Virus record (IMG/VR): IMGVR_UViG_3300036795_000143
Coordinates: 1-64,000 of that record
Origin: a virus
Strand: one strand, 5' to 3'
DNA length: 64,000 bases
Shown: in pieces, positions 40,570 to 49,639 of the stretch
Layout of the letters: every line of letters starts with the position of its first letter
Position numbering within the stretch: the stretch's first letter is position 1
Notes under the pieces: generated by a model
What the model saw: the letters and a program-made list of their open reading frames with translations, nothing else
Told to the model about the DNA's origin: nothing
Databases searched by the model: none
Made by a program: the position numbers and the translations under genes

Positions 40570-40875
40570 ATGAACCGCAACCAGGGACGCATCACCAACG
40601 AGGAATGGAATTACGTCCTTAACGAACTGGGTGTGCTAGGCGACGACGGTGAACCTCAGCGACGGCTCACCCACGATGACTGCGTGCCCGCGATGCTGAT
40701 CTCGGCCCGGTACCGGGGACTCGACGTCATTGTCACCGCCGTGCCGCCGCTGGTACACGGCCCGTTCACGTTGCCATCAATGACGTGCCCCCATGGTGTC
40801 CAACACTGGACCGAACCCACCGGGGAGCAAATCGCCAAATGGGCTCACGTCAGCCGCGAGGGCGGTGCCGGGTGA
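40570..40875 (+). CDS. Paralog of 1195..1416
   Basis: GLDVIV..PP..GP....CPHG..W.EPT..Q..W. Confidence 0.65.
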   Translation: MNRNQGRITNEEWNYVLNELGVLGDDGEPQRRLTHDDCVPAMLISARYRGLDVIVTAVPPLVHGPFTLPSMTCPHGVQHWTEPTGEQIAKWAHVSREGGAG

Positions 40876-41195
40876 CCGACAGCGGCGACGTGATGGAGTT
40901 AACGTGCCCGCACCCGCAGTGCGGTGCGACCCATTGCTACCTCCGTCAGCGGCAGCCCGAGCTGCGGTCGGTGGCGATCTGCTTCACGTGTGAAGAACCA
41001 TCGATTCTCGATATCGACAGCGGGTGCCTTCGCCTGCCCACACCAGCCGAACACGCCATGATCGAAACCTCGACGTCCACCATCAGGTCCCGGGAGCGGA
41101 CGCAGGAGATAAAGCAGCGGATTGAGATGGCTGACTGGATGCTCGAAACGGAAGAGCGAGTGCTTAAAGGCGAGGACGTAGGAGGCCCAGCGTGA
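40872..41195 (+). CDS. Zn-ribbon hypothetical protein
   Basis: CP...CG, IC..C, LR.PT..E. Confidence 0.55.
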   Translation: MTDSGDVMELTCPHPQCGATHCYLRQRQPELRSVAICFTCEEPSILDIDSGCLRLPTPAEHAMIETSTSTIRSRERTQEIKQRIEMADWMLETEERVLKGEDVGGPA

Positions 41196-41394
41196 TGCCC
41201 TACAGCTGGGCGCTCGCCCTGGGAACAACCCCACGAGTGCACAACGCCGTGGTCGCCCACCAGCAATTGCAGCAAGCCAAGCAGCTCGTGAAACAACACA
41301 AAGGGGTGCTCAACACCCAACTCGCGGCACTCACCGAAGCGGAACGCGCCGAATTTGACAAGTGGGTCCAACGATGAAGAAAAGCGAACCTCAC

Positions 41395-41781
41395 ATGACC
41401 AACGAACCGAAGCAAATCGAACCCGTCTACAGAGACCCGGCAGCATTCATCGGTGGCTACCTCTGGCGCGCACTCTATGAAGCTGGCCTGAAAGTCGTGC
41501 CCATTGAGACCAACACGCTGGTCGTCAGTTGGTGGAACGGCGACGACTACCAGCTCACCGTCCAACGAGCCGGGGAGACCGAATCCGATGACGCTCGCGC
41601 ACGGCCCTTGCTGGCCGCCGCCGTGTCGGAGGTCACGCGGACGGACACGGTCAACATGCGGTCGCGTCTCTGGCGCGCACTTCAAGAGGCCCACCTCAAG
41701 GTCGTGCCCATCGGGGCTAACAAGTGGATCATCAGTTTTTGGGAAGTCGACTACAAGCTCACTATCAAGCAAGTGGACTGA
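41395..41781 (+). CDS. Protein with an internally duplicated ~40-aa domain
   Basis: LWRAL.EA.LKVVPI..N....S.W...Y.LT occurs twice. Confidence 0.65.
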   Translation: MTNEPKQIEPVYRDPAAFIGGYLWRALYEAGLKVVPIETNTLVVSWWNGDDYQLTVQRAGETESDDARARPLLAAAVSEVTRTDTVNMRSRLWRALQEAHLKVVPIGANKWIISFWEVDYKLTIKQVD

Positions 41782-41937
41782 ATCACCAGTAGTGCCGGCG
41801 GCCGGCGACGGGACGCCCGAGCGCGCCGAGGACCTCCAGGAAAGCACCGATAATGATGAGCACGATCCCCAGCTGCGTCACCAGGGCCGTAGTGGGAATC
41901 AACCAGCCGATGACCAACAAAATAAGTCCTAACACGA

Positions 41938-42144
41938 TCACGGCATCAGCTCCCTAACCCGGTTCAAAAAAACTGTCTCACCCGACTCACCACCGAACGA
42001 AAACGTCTCCGAACCATCCCCAATCAGCAAAAATTGCTGGTTACCTTCCTCAAAACCGAGGGCATAACCACGCGGATGAAACACCACCCGATTGATTAAC
42101 CACAAAAGACCATCGGTCCGCAAATCAACCTCACGCACGCGCAT
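41938..42144 (-). CDS. Small conserved phage protein
   Basis: GLLWLINR.VFHPRGYAL. Confidence 0.6.
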   Translation of the reverse strand: MRVREVDLRTDGLLWLINRVVFHPRGYALGFEEGNQQFLLIGDGSETFSFGGESGETVFLNRVRELMP

Positions 42145-42338
42145 GTCCCCCCCGATAGCCGTGTCGGGCCCCTTAGAGGAGCAGCAGGGTAGCGGCAACA
42201 AAAACGACCAGCGACGCTGCTTCGGCATGAACACATCGTGCCGCACGAATCTCGCCGCTCGCTCGCACCGTGCTAGCAGCCAACTTCCAGCCCACCGCTA
42301 CGCTGCGGGAGTTAAATCCCGCGCCGGATTGGAGACCC

Positions 42339-42581
42339 ATGACTAACAACTACCTGCGCCAGCTCGACGACGAGCTGCACCGCTCCGAACGTGCCTTCGT
42401 GACCGGTGTCGTGTGGCAAGTCCTTCGCAGCGCCGGACTCGACGCCTCGGAACCCAACGCTCCGGGGTGCACCTTCACCGTGGCCATGTTCGGCACCAGA
42501 CACCAGGTAACTATCACCGAACCCGAGGAGGCCCACGAGGACAGCGCCCCGCAGGGCCCGCAGCAAGCCGGGGACCTCTGA
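42339..42581 (+). CDS. Small protein, distant paralog of the 41395 domain
   Basis: GGAG RBS; VW..L..AGL...F.V...G..H.VTI. Confidence 0.55.
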   Translation: MTNNYLRQLDDELHRSERAFVTGVVWQVLRSAGLDASEPNAPGCTFTVAMFGTRHQVTITEPEEAHEDSAPQGPQQAGDL

Positions 42582-42905
42582 TGACGAACCCTCGGAGCAA
42601 GTCCGTGATCAAGTCCGCACTAACAGCCCTCGCGCTTATCCACTACGCCATCAAAACGACCCTGGCTGACAAGATCGGTTGGATGGTGCTCATCGCGATG
42701 GCCGTCGCAGCAATCGCGTTCGCCATCGTGGACATCAGTGGTTGGGACTGGTTCGCCGCCAGTCAAATTATCCTGCTTGGGGCGTTCAGCATCGCCGGGA
42801 CCAGTCTTGTCTACATTGCTGGTGGTGGGCGACACGAGAAGGCCCACGAGGACGGCCCACCGCAGGGCCCCCAGCAGCACGCCGGGGACCTCTGATGACG
42901 AACCC
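42529..42905 (+). repeat. ~63-bp direct repeat (42529..42591 and 42840..42905) spanning two gene junctions
   Basis: AGGCCCACGAGGAC...CGCAGGGCCC.CAGCA...GCCGGGGACCTCTGATGACGAACCC occurs twice. Confidence 0.9.
42581..42895 (+). CDS. Membrane protein between the direct repeats
   Basis: Two to three TM segments; TGATG coupling on both sides. Confidence 0.6.
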   Translation: MTNPRSKSVIKSALTALALIHYAIKTTLADKIGWMVLIAMAVAAIAFAIVDISGWDWFAASQIILLGAFSIAGTSLVYIAGGGRHEKAHEDGPPQGPQQHAGDL

Positions 42906-43185
42906 CAGTGCTACTGACTCCCAGAACCTGCGTGCTGCTGACTTCATGATGCGGCAGAACCTGCTCACGGTCCTCGCTCACTGCGGGTTCGAACCAGAAG
43001 CCGTGGACGACAACACCATCATCGCGACCTTGTACGAAGGCGCCACCTACGAACTGACCTTCAAACGCCGCACTGCCACCTCGGGTGACGTCGAGCTGAC
43101 CGACGAGGTCATGGACGGCCTGGCCGAGGAAGCCGAGGAAGGTTACGACGTCAAGCGACTCCGTCCCCGCGAGCGCAGCAGCTGA
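42895..43185 (+). CDS. Hypothetical protein
   Basis: TGATG coupling; LA.EAE.GYDV C-terminus. Confidence 0.6.
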   Translation: MTNPSATDSQNLRAADFMMRQNLLTVLAHCGFEPEAVDDNTIIATLYEGATYELTFKRRTATSGDVELTDEVMDGLAEEAEEGYDVKRLRPRERSS

Positions 43186-43511
43186 TGGCTGGTCGACGAC
43201 CGCAGGTCATGTCCCGCCGGTGCGATACCTGCATCTTTCATCCCGACAACCGAATGAACCTCGACCCCGGGCAGCTCGCCGTGATCGTCGCCGCCAACCT
43301 CGAACGCGGAACGGCCCTGATCTGCCACACCACGCTGCGCTACGGAGACCATCCTGAGCTGGGCCCAACAGTGTGCCGTGGCTACTACGACAGCTACGGA
43401 CCCCAGGTCCGGGTCATTCAAATCGCTGAACAGCTCGGCGGGTTCGAAGAGATCGACCCACCCATGAACCACTCCGACGCTCAGCGACGCTCATCGAAGA
43501 GGACCAGGTGA
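43185..43511 (+). CDS. Cys-rich conserved phage protein
   Basis: C.TCIF.P.N.M.L.PG...ICH.T....VCRG. Confidence 0.65.
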   Translation: MAGRRPQVMSRRCDTCIFHPDNRMNLDPGQLAVIVAANLERGTALICHTTLRYGDHPELGPTVCRGYYDSYGPQVRVIQIAEQLGGFEEIDPPMNHSDAQRRSSKRTR

Positions 43512-44074
43512 GCACGCCACGCACCAACAGCTCGTTAATCTGCGTCGCCACCTGCTCGATACTGCTAGCGGTATCCACGGACCTGTTCGTAAGCGTTGTT
43601 GCTATTTGTTGGTTGGTGTTGGGCATCGCCTTTTACCGTCTGGGCCGGTGACTAGTCCTCAGTGGTGGGTGACCTTAGAGTCAAAGGTGCACCTACTGAA
43701 AACCGCTGAGGGTTCCCGGACGCACTGCGGGCTCCTCACGCTGGGAACCATGATGTTCGATCAGCCACCCGCCGGTGGCGAACTATGCGAGCTGTGCCGT
43801 AACAGCTTCGCCGTGGACTGCGCCGAACACTCGGTGAGGATCCAGCGCCAGGGCCTCAACTGACGTCAGCTAGCTAGCCGGCTCTCGCGGGTCACGGTCA
43901 CCGTCACCACGGCGGCGGCCAGGCCCGCGAGCGCACCGGCCGCGAGCAACCAGTGCCGGCGTCTCAGCTTCGGTGCGACGGGCATGATGCCCAACCCCAC
44001 CAACAGCCGCTGTAGCTCCCCGCGCAAGGCCCGGTCAGCGGCGTCGTCGGTCACGTTCCCCACGGTTACCTCTT

Positions 44075-44512
44075 TCAGCTCGCCCTGGACGATCCTGCGG
44101 CGTCGGCCAGCTCGCGCAACAGCGCACCATGCTCGTCGTATATCAACCTAATCAGATTCAAAGTCTCGTCGTTCACCGCGTAATCGTGCTCCGCAGCGAC
44201 CCGGTCATGCTCAGCTGTCCTGTTCTGCGACAACAAAATCAACGGCGCCGCGTACGCCGCCTGCGTCGAAAACGCCAAATTCAACAAAATAAACGGGTAC
44301 GGATCCCACTCCCGGACGTAAGCGATCACATTCAGTGCAATCCAGATAGTTACGAACACTGTCTGCACGATGATGAACGACCACGAACCAAACCCAGCCG
44401 TCACCCTGTCAGCGGCCCGCTGCCCGAAATCCCGCCGATCATGCCGGACGATGTTCGCCGGATGCCGATGCCTCACGACGACTTCGGCTCGGGCTTCGCC
44501 TTCGCCGCCCAC
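44075..44512 (-). CDS. DUF1003 membrane protein
   Basis: G.R.AD......GSW.F, DPYPFILLNL.FS.QAA..AP.IL.SQNR. Confidence 0.9.
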   Translation of the reverse strand: MGGEGEARAEVVVRHRHPANIVRHDRRDFGQRAADRVTAGFGSWSFIIVQTVFVTIWIALNVIAYVREWDPYPFILLNLAFSTQAAYAAPLILLSQNRTAEHDRVAAEHDYAVNDETLNLIRLIYDEHGALLRELADAAGSSRAS

Positions 44513-44742
44513 GACTTGCTCAAACCAGCCAGGGCCTCGCTCAGCGCCGTCAACGCTTCGAACCAGTCCTTAGTCACGGCTGCGGCACTGTGGCACCAGC
44601 ACACACACCTCGCCTCACAAAACTTGCACCGCGCTGGCTGCTTCTCACCAGACCGCCCCGTCGTCGACTGGCAATACTTGTGATCACCGTGGTAACACCC
44701 CGTCGACAAATACCTATGCAAAGTCATTCCCCCCGAATTCAA
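44473..44742 (-). CDS. Cys/His-rich conserved actinophage protein
   Basis: H.YLSTGC.H..H.YC...CKFC...C.C.CH. Confidence 0.65.
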   Translation of the reverse strand: MNSGGMTLHRYLSTGCYHGDHKYCQSTTGRSGEKQPARCKFCEARCVCWCHSAAAVTKDWFEALTALSEALAGLSKSWAAKAKPEPKSS

Positions 44743-44762
44743 GCGCTACGCTCACCAGCGAG

Positions 44763-44835
44763 ATCCCCATCATCTAGCGGCCTAGGATCCCGCTCTTTCA
44801 CAGCGGCAGCGCGGGTTCGAATCCCGCTGGGGATA
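44763..44835 (+). tRNA. tRNA-Glu (TTC)
   Basis: ATCCCCA/TGGGGAT acceptor; CCGCT-CT-TTC-AC-AGCGG; GGTTCGAATCC. Confidence 0.9.
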
Positions 44836-44872
44836 CGTGGATGCCAAGTTGCTCCTCGCCCATCCCCCCGCG

Positions 44873-45157
44873 CTATGCCGTCGATGCGGGCTCACCGCCT
44901 ACACCGACTGCGTTACCTGCCGGAAACCTATCTGCCACCGAGGGTGCATCGACGACCACCACTGCGGTACCCGGAGCGAAACCCGGGCCCGTAACGAAAT
45001 CGGGGGGCCGCAAGCGGAGACGCCGGATCTTTTCCACTGACTCGTCGTCCACCCCCTGCGGGGAACCCTCACAGCAATTCGCCTTCTGCCTACAAACCGG
45101 ACACAACCAGCGAGTTGAGATCGGGTCGAACACCTCACCGCAATAGTCACAATCCAC
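44873..45157 (-). CDS. Small Zn-finger protein
   Basis: C..CG..FDP...RWLCP.C..K..CCEG. Confidence 0.5.
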   Translation of the reverse strand: MDCDYCGEVFDPISTRWLCPVCRQKANCCEGSPQGVDDESVEKIRRLRLRPPDFVTGPGFAPGTAVVVVDAPSVADRFPAGNAVGVGGEPASTA

Positions 45158-45451
45158 CGAGTTGCCTCCTAGCCCGAGTTGCCCACCGTGGACAACTCGC
45201 CGGATTAGGCAACTAGCGGGTCAATCCTGCCGCGTGCCGACGTAGACGTAAGCGAACGCGTCGCCAGCCTGGCCCCGACAACGCTCATACACAGCCACCA
45301 GCGGCGGTTCCATCGGATCAACGTCGCGGTGATCCAGCGACAGCGCTACAGCCACCGGGAACCGCAACACCAGCGGCGGTGGCGAATCAGGCCAACGAAG
45401 GAACTCCCCCCGCTTCGGGCCACTAAAGAACTCCAGGTCACAAGTCACTGC

Positions 45452-45655
45452 TCAACCCAACCGCCGAGGCCGGCGGGACGCAGACGACGCCGGGGCAGCT
45501 GGAGCAGCACCACCATCATCAGCATCGCCATCAGGCCCGTCATCGTCGTTGTCGACCAAGCCAGTGCCGTTGCACGTCTGGCACACCCCGAACCCCAAGC
45601 GACCCGAGCCCTTACACGTCGGGCACTTCTTCTTCCGGCGCAACCGCATACCCAC
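45452..45655 (-). CDS. DnaJ-type CxxCxGxG Zn-finger mini-protein
   Basis: CPTCKGSG...CQTCNGTG. Confidence 0.55.
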   Translation of the reverse strand: MGMRLRRKKKCPTCKGSGRLGFGVCQTCNGTGLVDNDDDGPDGDADDGGAAPAAPASSASRRPRRLG

Positions 45656-45810
45656 CAGCCCTTCCAGGTCGAAGCCGCACCACCACCATAAAAAACAATC
45701 ACAAAGCTAACCAAACTCCATCAATAACCATCACAACCCAGCATTGCTAACCGCTAACCACCAAAAACAACACACGTTCATACAGCAAGTCGAACGCGTT
45801 AGTTTCCGGC

Positions 45811-46767
45811 GTGGCCAGACGCCCCGACGAATCATGGACCCCGTGTTCCATCTGCGGGAAGCTCCTCGAACCGTATCCCGACAGTCCCGCCGTACGAACC
45901 TGCCAACCATGCCGCTCAGCACGCTCAAAACTCGTACCACGAGGACGCCTCAAAACACTCATACCACCACGACCATGCGAAGAATGCGGCACCGAATACC
46001 AGCCGCAACGCGCAAACCAGCGATGCTGCGACGACACCTGCACCAAAGCCGGGATCGCGCGCCGGGCCGCAACCACCACGACACGCCCCCCGAAAACCTG
46101 CGAATACTGCGGCACGGCCTACAGCCCACACATGCGAACCCAACGCTTCTGCAGCAACCAATGCTCGGCAACTAGCCGGCTCGCGGGAACACCTAAACAT
46201 CACCGAATCTGTGTGGTGTGCGACGCACCATTCATCGGACGAGCTGCCCCCCTACCCGTCACATGCAGCCGCGCCTGCGGATACAAATACCAATCCCGGT
46301 ATCAAAAAGTCTGCGATCTATGCGGAACCGAGTACACCGGCTCAAGCAAACAAAAATACTGCTCAAGGGGCTGCACCGCCCTAGCGAGCCGCTCACCCGA
46401 GAGAAGCAACACGGCCAGCTACAAACGCCGCGCTTCGCTAGCGCAAGTCGCAACAGAGTTCATCGACTTCGAATACGTATGCCGTCGCGACAAATGGATA
46501 TGCCAACTCTGCAACACACCCGTCGAACAAGGACTGAACCGCCGTGACCCCTACGGCGCCAGCCTGGACCACATCCTCCCAATCGTCAGAGGAGGCCCGC
46601 ACATTTACGCCAACGTCCAGCTAGCGCATTTACGCTGCAACATGAAAAAGAACGACAGCGTCATCAACGACTCGTTCGCTGATACCTTCCTCGACGCCCT
46701 CGCAGCCGCCCACACACGCCAACAACCCGAACAAACACCAACCCAACTCACCAGCGCAAACGCCTAA
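45811..46767 (+). CDS. HNH endonuclease with repeated Zn-finger modules
   Basis: Repeated C..CG..Y...CS..C; RD.WICQLC...SLDHILP...GG.H...NVQLAH..CN..K. Confidence 0.88.
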   Translation: MARRPDESWTPCSICGKLLEPYPDSPAVRTCQPCRSARSKLVPRGRLKTLIPPRPCEECGTEYQPQRANQRCCDDTCTKAGIARRAATTTTRPPKTCEYCGTAYSPHMRTQRFCSNQCSATSRLAGTPKHHRICVVCDAPFIGRAAPLPVTCSRACGYKYQSRYQKVCDLCGTEYTGSSKQKYCSRGCTALASRSPERSNTASYKRRASLAQVATEFIDFEYVCRRDKWICQLCNTPVEQGLNRRDPYGASLDHILPIVRGGPHIYANVQLAHLRCNMKKNDSVINDSFADTFLDALAAAHTRQQPEQTPTQLTSANA

Positions 46768-46859
46768 CCCGGCTGCTCGCTTTTTTTCTCAGAGAGGGAA
46801 ATGCACCGGCGAGAAGCTCGCCGATGTTTTTTTTGTGCTAAAAATCACGAATGTCTTTT

Positions 46860-47150
46860 GTGTCCGTTGTGACTGTGTGTGTTGATCAAATGACTGTGTG
46901 TGTTGTTGCTGTGTGTGTTGTTGATGTTACTTTGGGTTGGTAATTTAGCGTGACTGATCCACTACTGACAATTACCACCATTTGGCCTAATCATTTGCGT
47001 GAGTGTGTGTGGCTGTGTGTGATTGTTGATGTTCGTTTGCTGTGGCTGTGTGTGTGCGTGTGATTACTGTGTGTTGGTAATTGTCTGTGACTATTCCATT
47101 ACTGCATGTGTTGTTACTGTGCGTGTGGTGGGCAATTAGATCATCTTATG
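46860..47150 (+). repeat. TG-rich non-coding repeat tract
   Basis: At least 6 copies of CTGTGTGT; low GC; no ORF. Confidence 0.8.
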
Positions 47151-47257
47151 TTCACTCGTATGCGAGCGTATTGCCAGGTCACAAGCCTGTATGCGTGGAA
47201 TGTTTGGGGTACTGTGGGTACTAGTTATCCGATCAACTAGCCCACACGGAGATCATC

Positions 47258-47428
47258 ATGGCCACCAAGACCCGTACCCGCGTTACCTACCAGCGTATGC
47301 CGAGTGGTGCTTACCTACGCGAGGTTGCTCACCTTATCTGGCTGGGCGTGATTGTTGGCTTCTGTGCCTTCCCCACTCTGTGTGGCGTGGTCTTCCTGCT
47401 GTGGAGCTACCTCACCACTGCGCACTGA
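47258..47428 (+). CDS. 56-aa membrane protein
   Basis: Manual translation MATKTRTRVTYQRMPSGAYLREVAHLIWLGVIVGFCAFPTLCGVVFLLWSYLTTAH; GGAG RBS. Confidence 0.55.
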   Translation: MATKTRTRVTYQRMPSGAYLREVAHLIWLGVIVGFCAFPTLCGVVFLLWSYLTTAH

Positions 47429-47433
47429 ACCTA

Positions 47434-47479
47434 GGTCCCGTACCGCGCGACGCCGTTGGATCAAATCCAGCCGGGACTA
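47434..47479 (+). ncRNA. tRNA-like minihelix (acceptor stem plus T-arm only)
   Basis: GGTCCCG/CGGGACT plus GTTGG-ATCAAAT-CCAGC. Confidence 0.45.
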
Positions 47480-47513
47480 CTTCACTCGATCTCGATCTAG
47501 CTAAGGAAAGGTC

Positions 47514-47831
47514 ATGTCCGACTATCCGATTGGTTACATCTATTGCGCGGACAAATACTGTCCGTCGTGCATCGTCGAGGTGGCGAACCTGTACGCGTCC
47601 GTAGGTGGCCTCGATCCAGCCGATACGGAAACGCGGCTGGATTTCTGTGCGTCGCAGCTCGGTCTTGACCGCAGCGGGCCGTTTGATTCTGGCGACTTCC
47701 CTGCCCCGTTCGTTGGCACGCCGCATGACGGGTGCAGCCTGGCTAACGGGTATGAGCCGGGGCAGTGTGGCGACCAGTGCGCAACGTGTCATATCCACCT
47801 CGGTCACCCGTGCCCGAACGCGTGGCCGTAG
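47514..47831 (+). CDS. Cys-rich hypothetical protein
   Basis: AAGGAAAGG RBS; Y.AD.YCP.C...DS.DFP...C..C. Confidence 0.65.
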   Translation: MSDYPIGYIYCADKYCPSCIVEVANLYASVGGLDPADTETRLDFCASQLGLDRSGPFDSGDFPAPFVGTPHDGCSLANGYEPGQCGDQCATCHIHLGHPCPNAWP

Positions 47832-48220
47832 ATGTTGACTTCGAAGCGTTGGGTAAGGCTATCCAGGCGTTGGACTTCGACACGGTTTTCACGATCCAGG
47901 GTAGCGACGTCGTCCGCGTAGATCACATCTACGCACCGTCCGTGACGCACGATCCGGATGCGGATATTTGGATCGATGGCGCGGAGTGGGAGTGCTTGAC
48001 GGGGATGACTGGCCAGTACGGCTATCACGGCGCGGTTATGCACGCGTCGGAAGTCATCGGCAGCGGTATCGCGGAGCTGCTTACCGAGTACGACCCTGGC
48101 ACCTTATTTGCAATTGTAATCGTGGATGTGCTGTCTGATGATTGCGAGGATCACGAAGATCACGGTGATGGCAATTGTGAGCCCGCCGGATGGGCGATTG
48201 CGTACCGCGACTCTGTTTGA
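47822..48220 (+). CDS. Acidic conserved actinophage protein
   Basis: W..LTG.TGQYGY.G.VMH.SE.IG...PAGWA. Confidence 0.65.
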   Translation: MAVDVDFEALGKAIQALDFDTVFTIQGSDVVRVDHIYAPSVTHDPDADIWIDGAEWECLTGMTGQYGYHGAVMHASEVIGSGIAELLTEYDPGTLFAIVIVDVLSDDCEDHEDHGDGNCEPAGWAIAYRDSV

Positions 48221-48280
48221 TCTTGCGCCGAACGGTCATGTGTGTTTGTGAAAAATTATCAGCGTGGGAAGGGGGTTGTG

Positions 48281-49222
48281 ATGGGCGACTACAGTCCGGC
48301 AGGGTGGATCGATTTTGTGGGTCAGCCCGACGCGGTCGGGATGATCCGACGATTGCTCAAAGCTGCCGCTCGACGCGGCGATCAGGCTGGTCACGTGTTG
48401 ATTAAGGGTCCGGGTGGTCTCGGGAAATCGGAGCTACTCCACCTGATCGCTAAGTCGATTGGTGGCACGTTGCACGATCACGATGCAACAGCGTTCGAGA
48501 CGGTAGGTGATCTGATCGATGCTCTGGACGTGTTGCAGTCAGGCGACGTGTTCGGCATTGATGAGGTTCACGGGCTGAAAGGTAAGAAGCTGCTTTGCCT
48601 GTACCGGGCACTGGCTAAGGGTGAGATTAGCGCGGGTAGTCAGGTGATCAAATTGCCACCGTTTACGTGTGTCGCTGCGACCACCAACCCTGAGCTACTG
48701 ACTCCGTCGTTTCGTACGCGTTTCGCGATAGAACCTAGCGTGACGTTCTACTCGGTCCCAGAGCTAGCGGACGTGGTGACCCGCGCTGGGAAGCTTTCGA
48801 TGCTCCTGGACGTCGAGCCCGACGCCGCACGGATCATCGCTGAACGGTCCCGTGGCATCCCGCGTACGGCACTGCGACTGTTAGACCGTGTCCGCGATGC
48901 TGTGCCCGTAGGTGAGCAGGTAGCCACCACGGTGCACGTGTTGGACGCGATGAACACGGAAGGCATCGATGATCTAGGGCTAACGCGGTTGGATCGTCAG
49001 GTACTTACTGCGGTCGCAGTGAAATGGGCTCACCGTCCGGTAGGGCTAGCTCCGATCCTGCGATACATCCCGGATCCGGACGCGCGTACCTCCGTGGCGT
49101 TCCTAGAGCGGTATGACCTGATCGAGGCCACGGACGTAGGCCGTGAGGTGACCCTGGCTGGCTTACAGCACTTGTACGGGCCGGATGCGCGGCTACCGTT
49201 GACACGGCGCAGGAGGAGGTGA
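48281..49222 (+). CDS. ruvB: RuvB-like Holliday-junction AAA+ ATPase
   Basis: FVGQ, HVL..GPGGLGKS, IDEVH, LPPFT.V.ATT, R.RF, FY...EL, SRG.PR.A.RLL.RVRD, GL...D, PVGL, GR. Confidence 0.85.
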   Translation: MGDYSPAGWIDFVGQPDAVGMIRRLLKAAARRGDQAGHVLIKGPGGLGKSELLHLIAKSIGGTLHDHDATAFETVGDLIDALDVLQSGDVFGIDEVHGLKGKKLLCLYRALAKGEISAGSQVIKLPPFTCVAATTNPELLTPSFRTRFAIEPSVTFYSVPELADVVTRAGKLSMLLDVEPDAARIIAERSRGIPRTALRLLDRVRDAVPVGEQVATTVHVLDAMNTEGIDDLGLTRLDRQVLTAVAVKWAHRPVGLAPILRYIPDPDARTSVAFLERYDLIEATDVGREVTLAGLQHLYGPDARLPLTRRRRR

Positions 49223-49226
49223 CCGG

Positions 49227-49394
49227 GTGGCCACGGTGCGACGGTGCGAGGTTTGCGGGAAGCCGTTACCGGTGAGGTCGCGGGCGGATGCCCGGTACTG
49301 TCCGCCGGTACCGGGTAGTAAGTCGAGGATTTCTCCGTGTCGTGATCGTGCTGCGTATCTGCGAAAGCTAGGCAAGTCATCCCGCGAGGTCTAA
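49227..49394 (+). CDS. 55-aa Zn-finger protein
   Basis: Manual translation MATVRRCEVCGKPLPVRSRADARYC...CRDRAAY; GGAGG RBS. Confidence 0.6.
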   Translation: MATVRRCEVCGKPLPVRSRADARYCPPVPGSKSRISPCRDRAAYLRKLGKSSREV

Positions 49395-49524
49395 TCGAAT
49401 AACTTTGTGCGACTAGCCGTCACCGTTTGTTGGTGGCGGTTTTTTGTTGTGTCCGTTTCACCCCTTATGGCTAGGCCAAACGGGTCGATCTGTGACATCT
49501 ACCTGGATAAACAGCTAGAACGGC

Positions 49525-49552
49525 TTGCATCCGTGACATCTGCGAGTAGTGT
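49525..49552 (+). promoter_or_regulatory. Candidate housekeeping-sigma promoter
   Basis: TTGCAT-N16-TAGTGT upstream of the structured non-coding region. Confidence 0.3.
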
Positions 49553-49639
49553 TTGTCTTGCAGGCGAAAAACAAAAAAACAATCGGAGAACCTGATCTTG
49601 ACGGTGAGGGATCTTCTGATTCTGATCTTACTCAACTAC

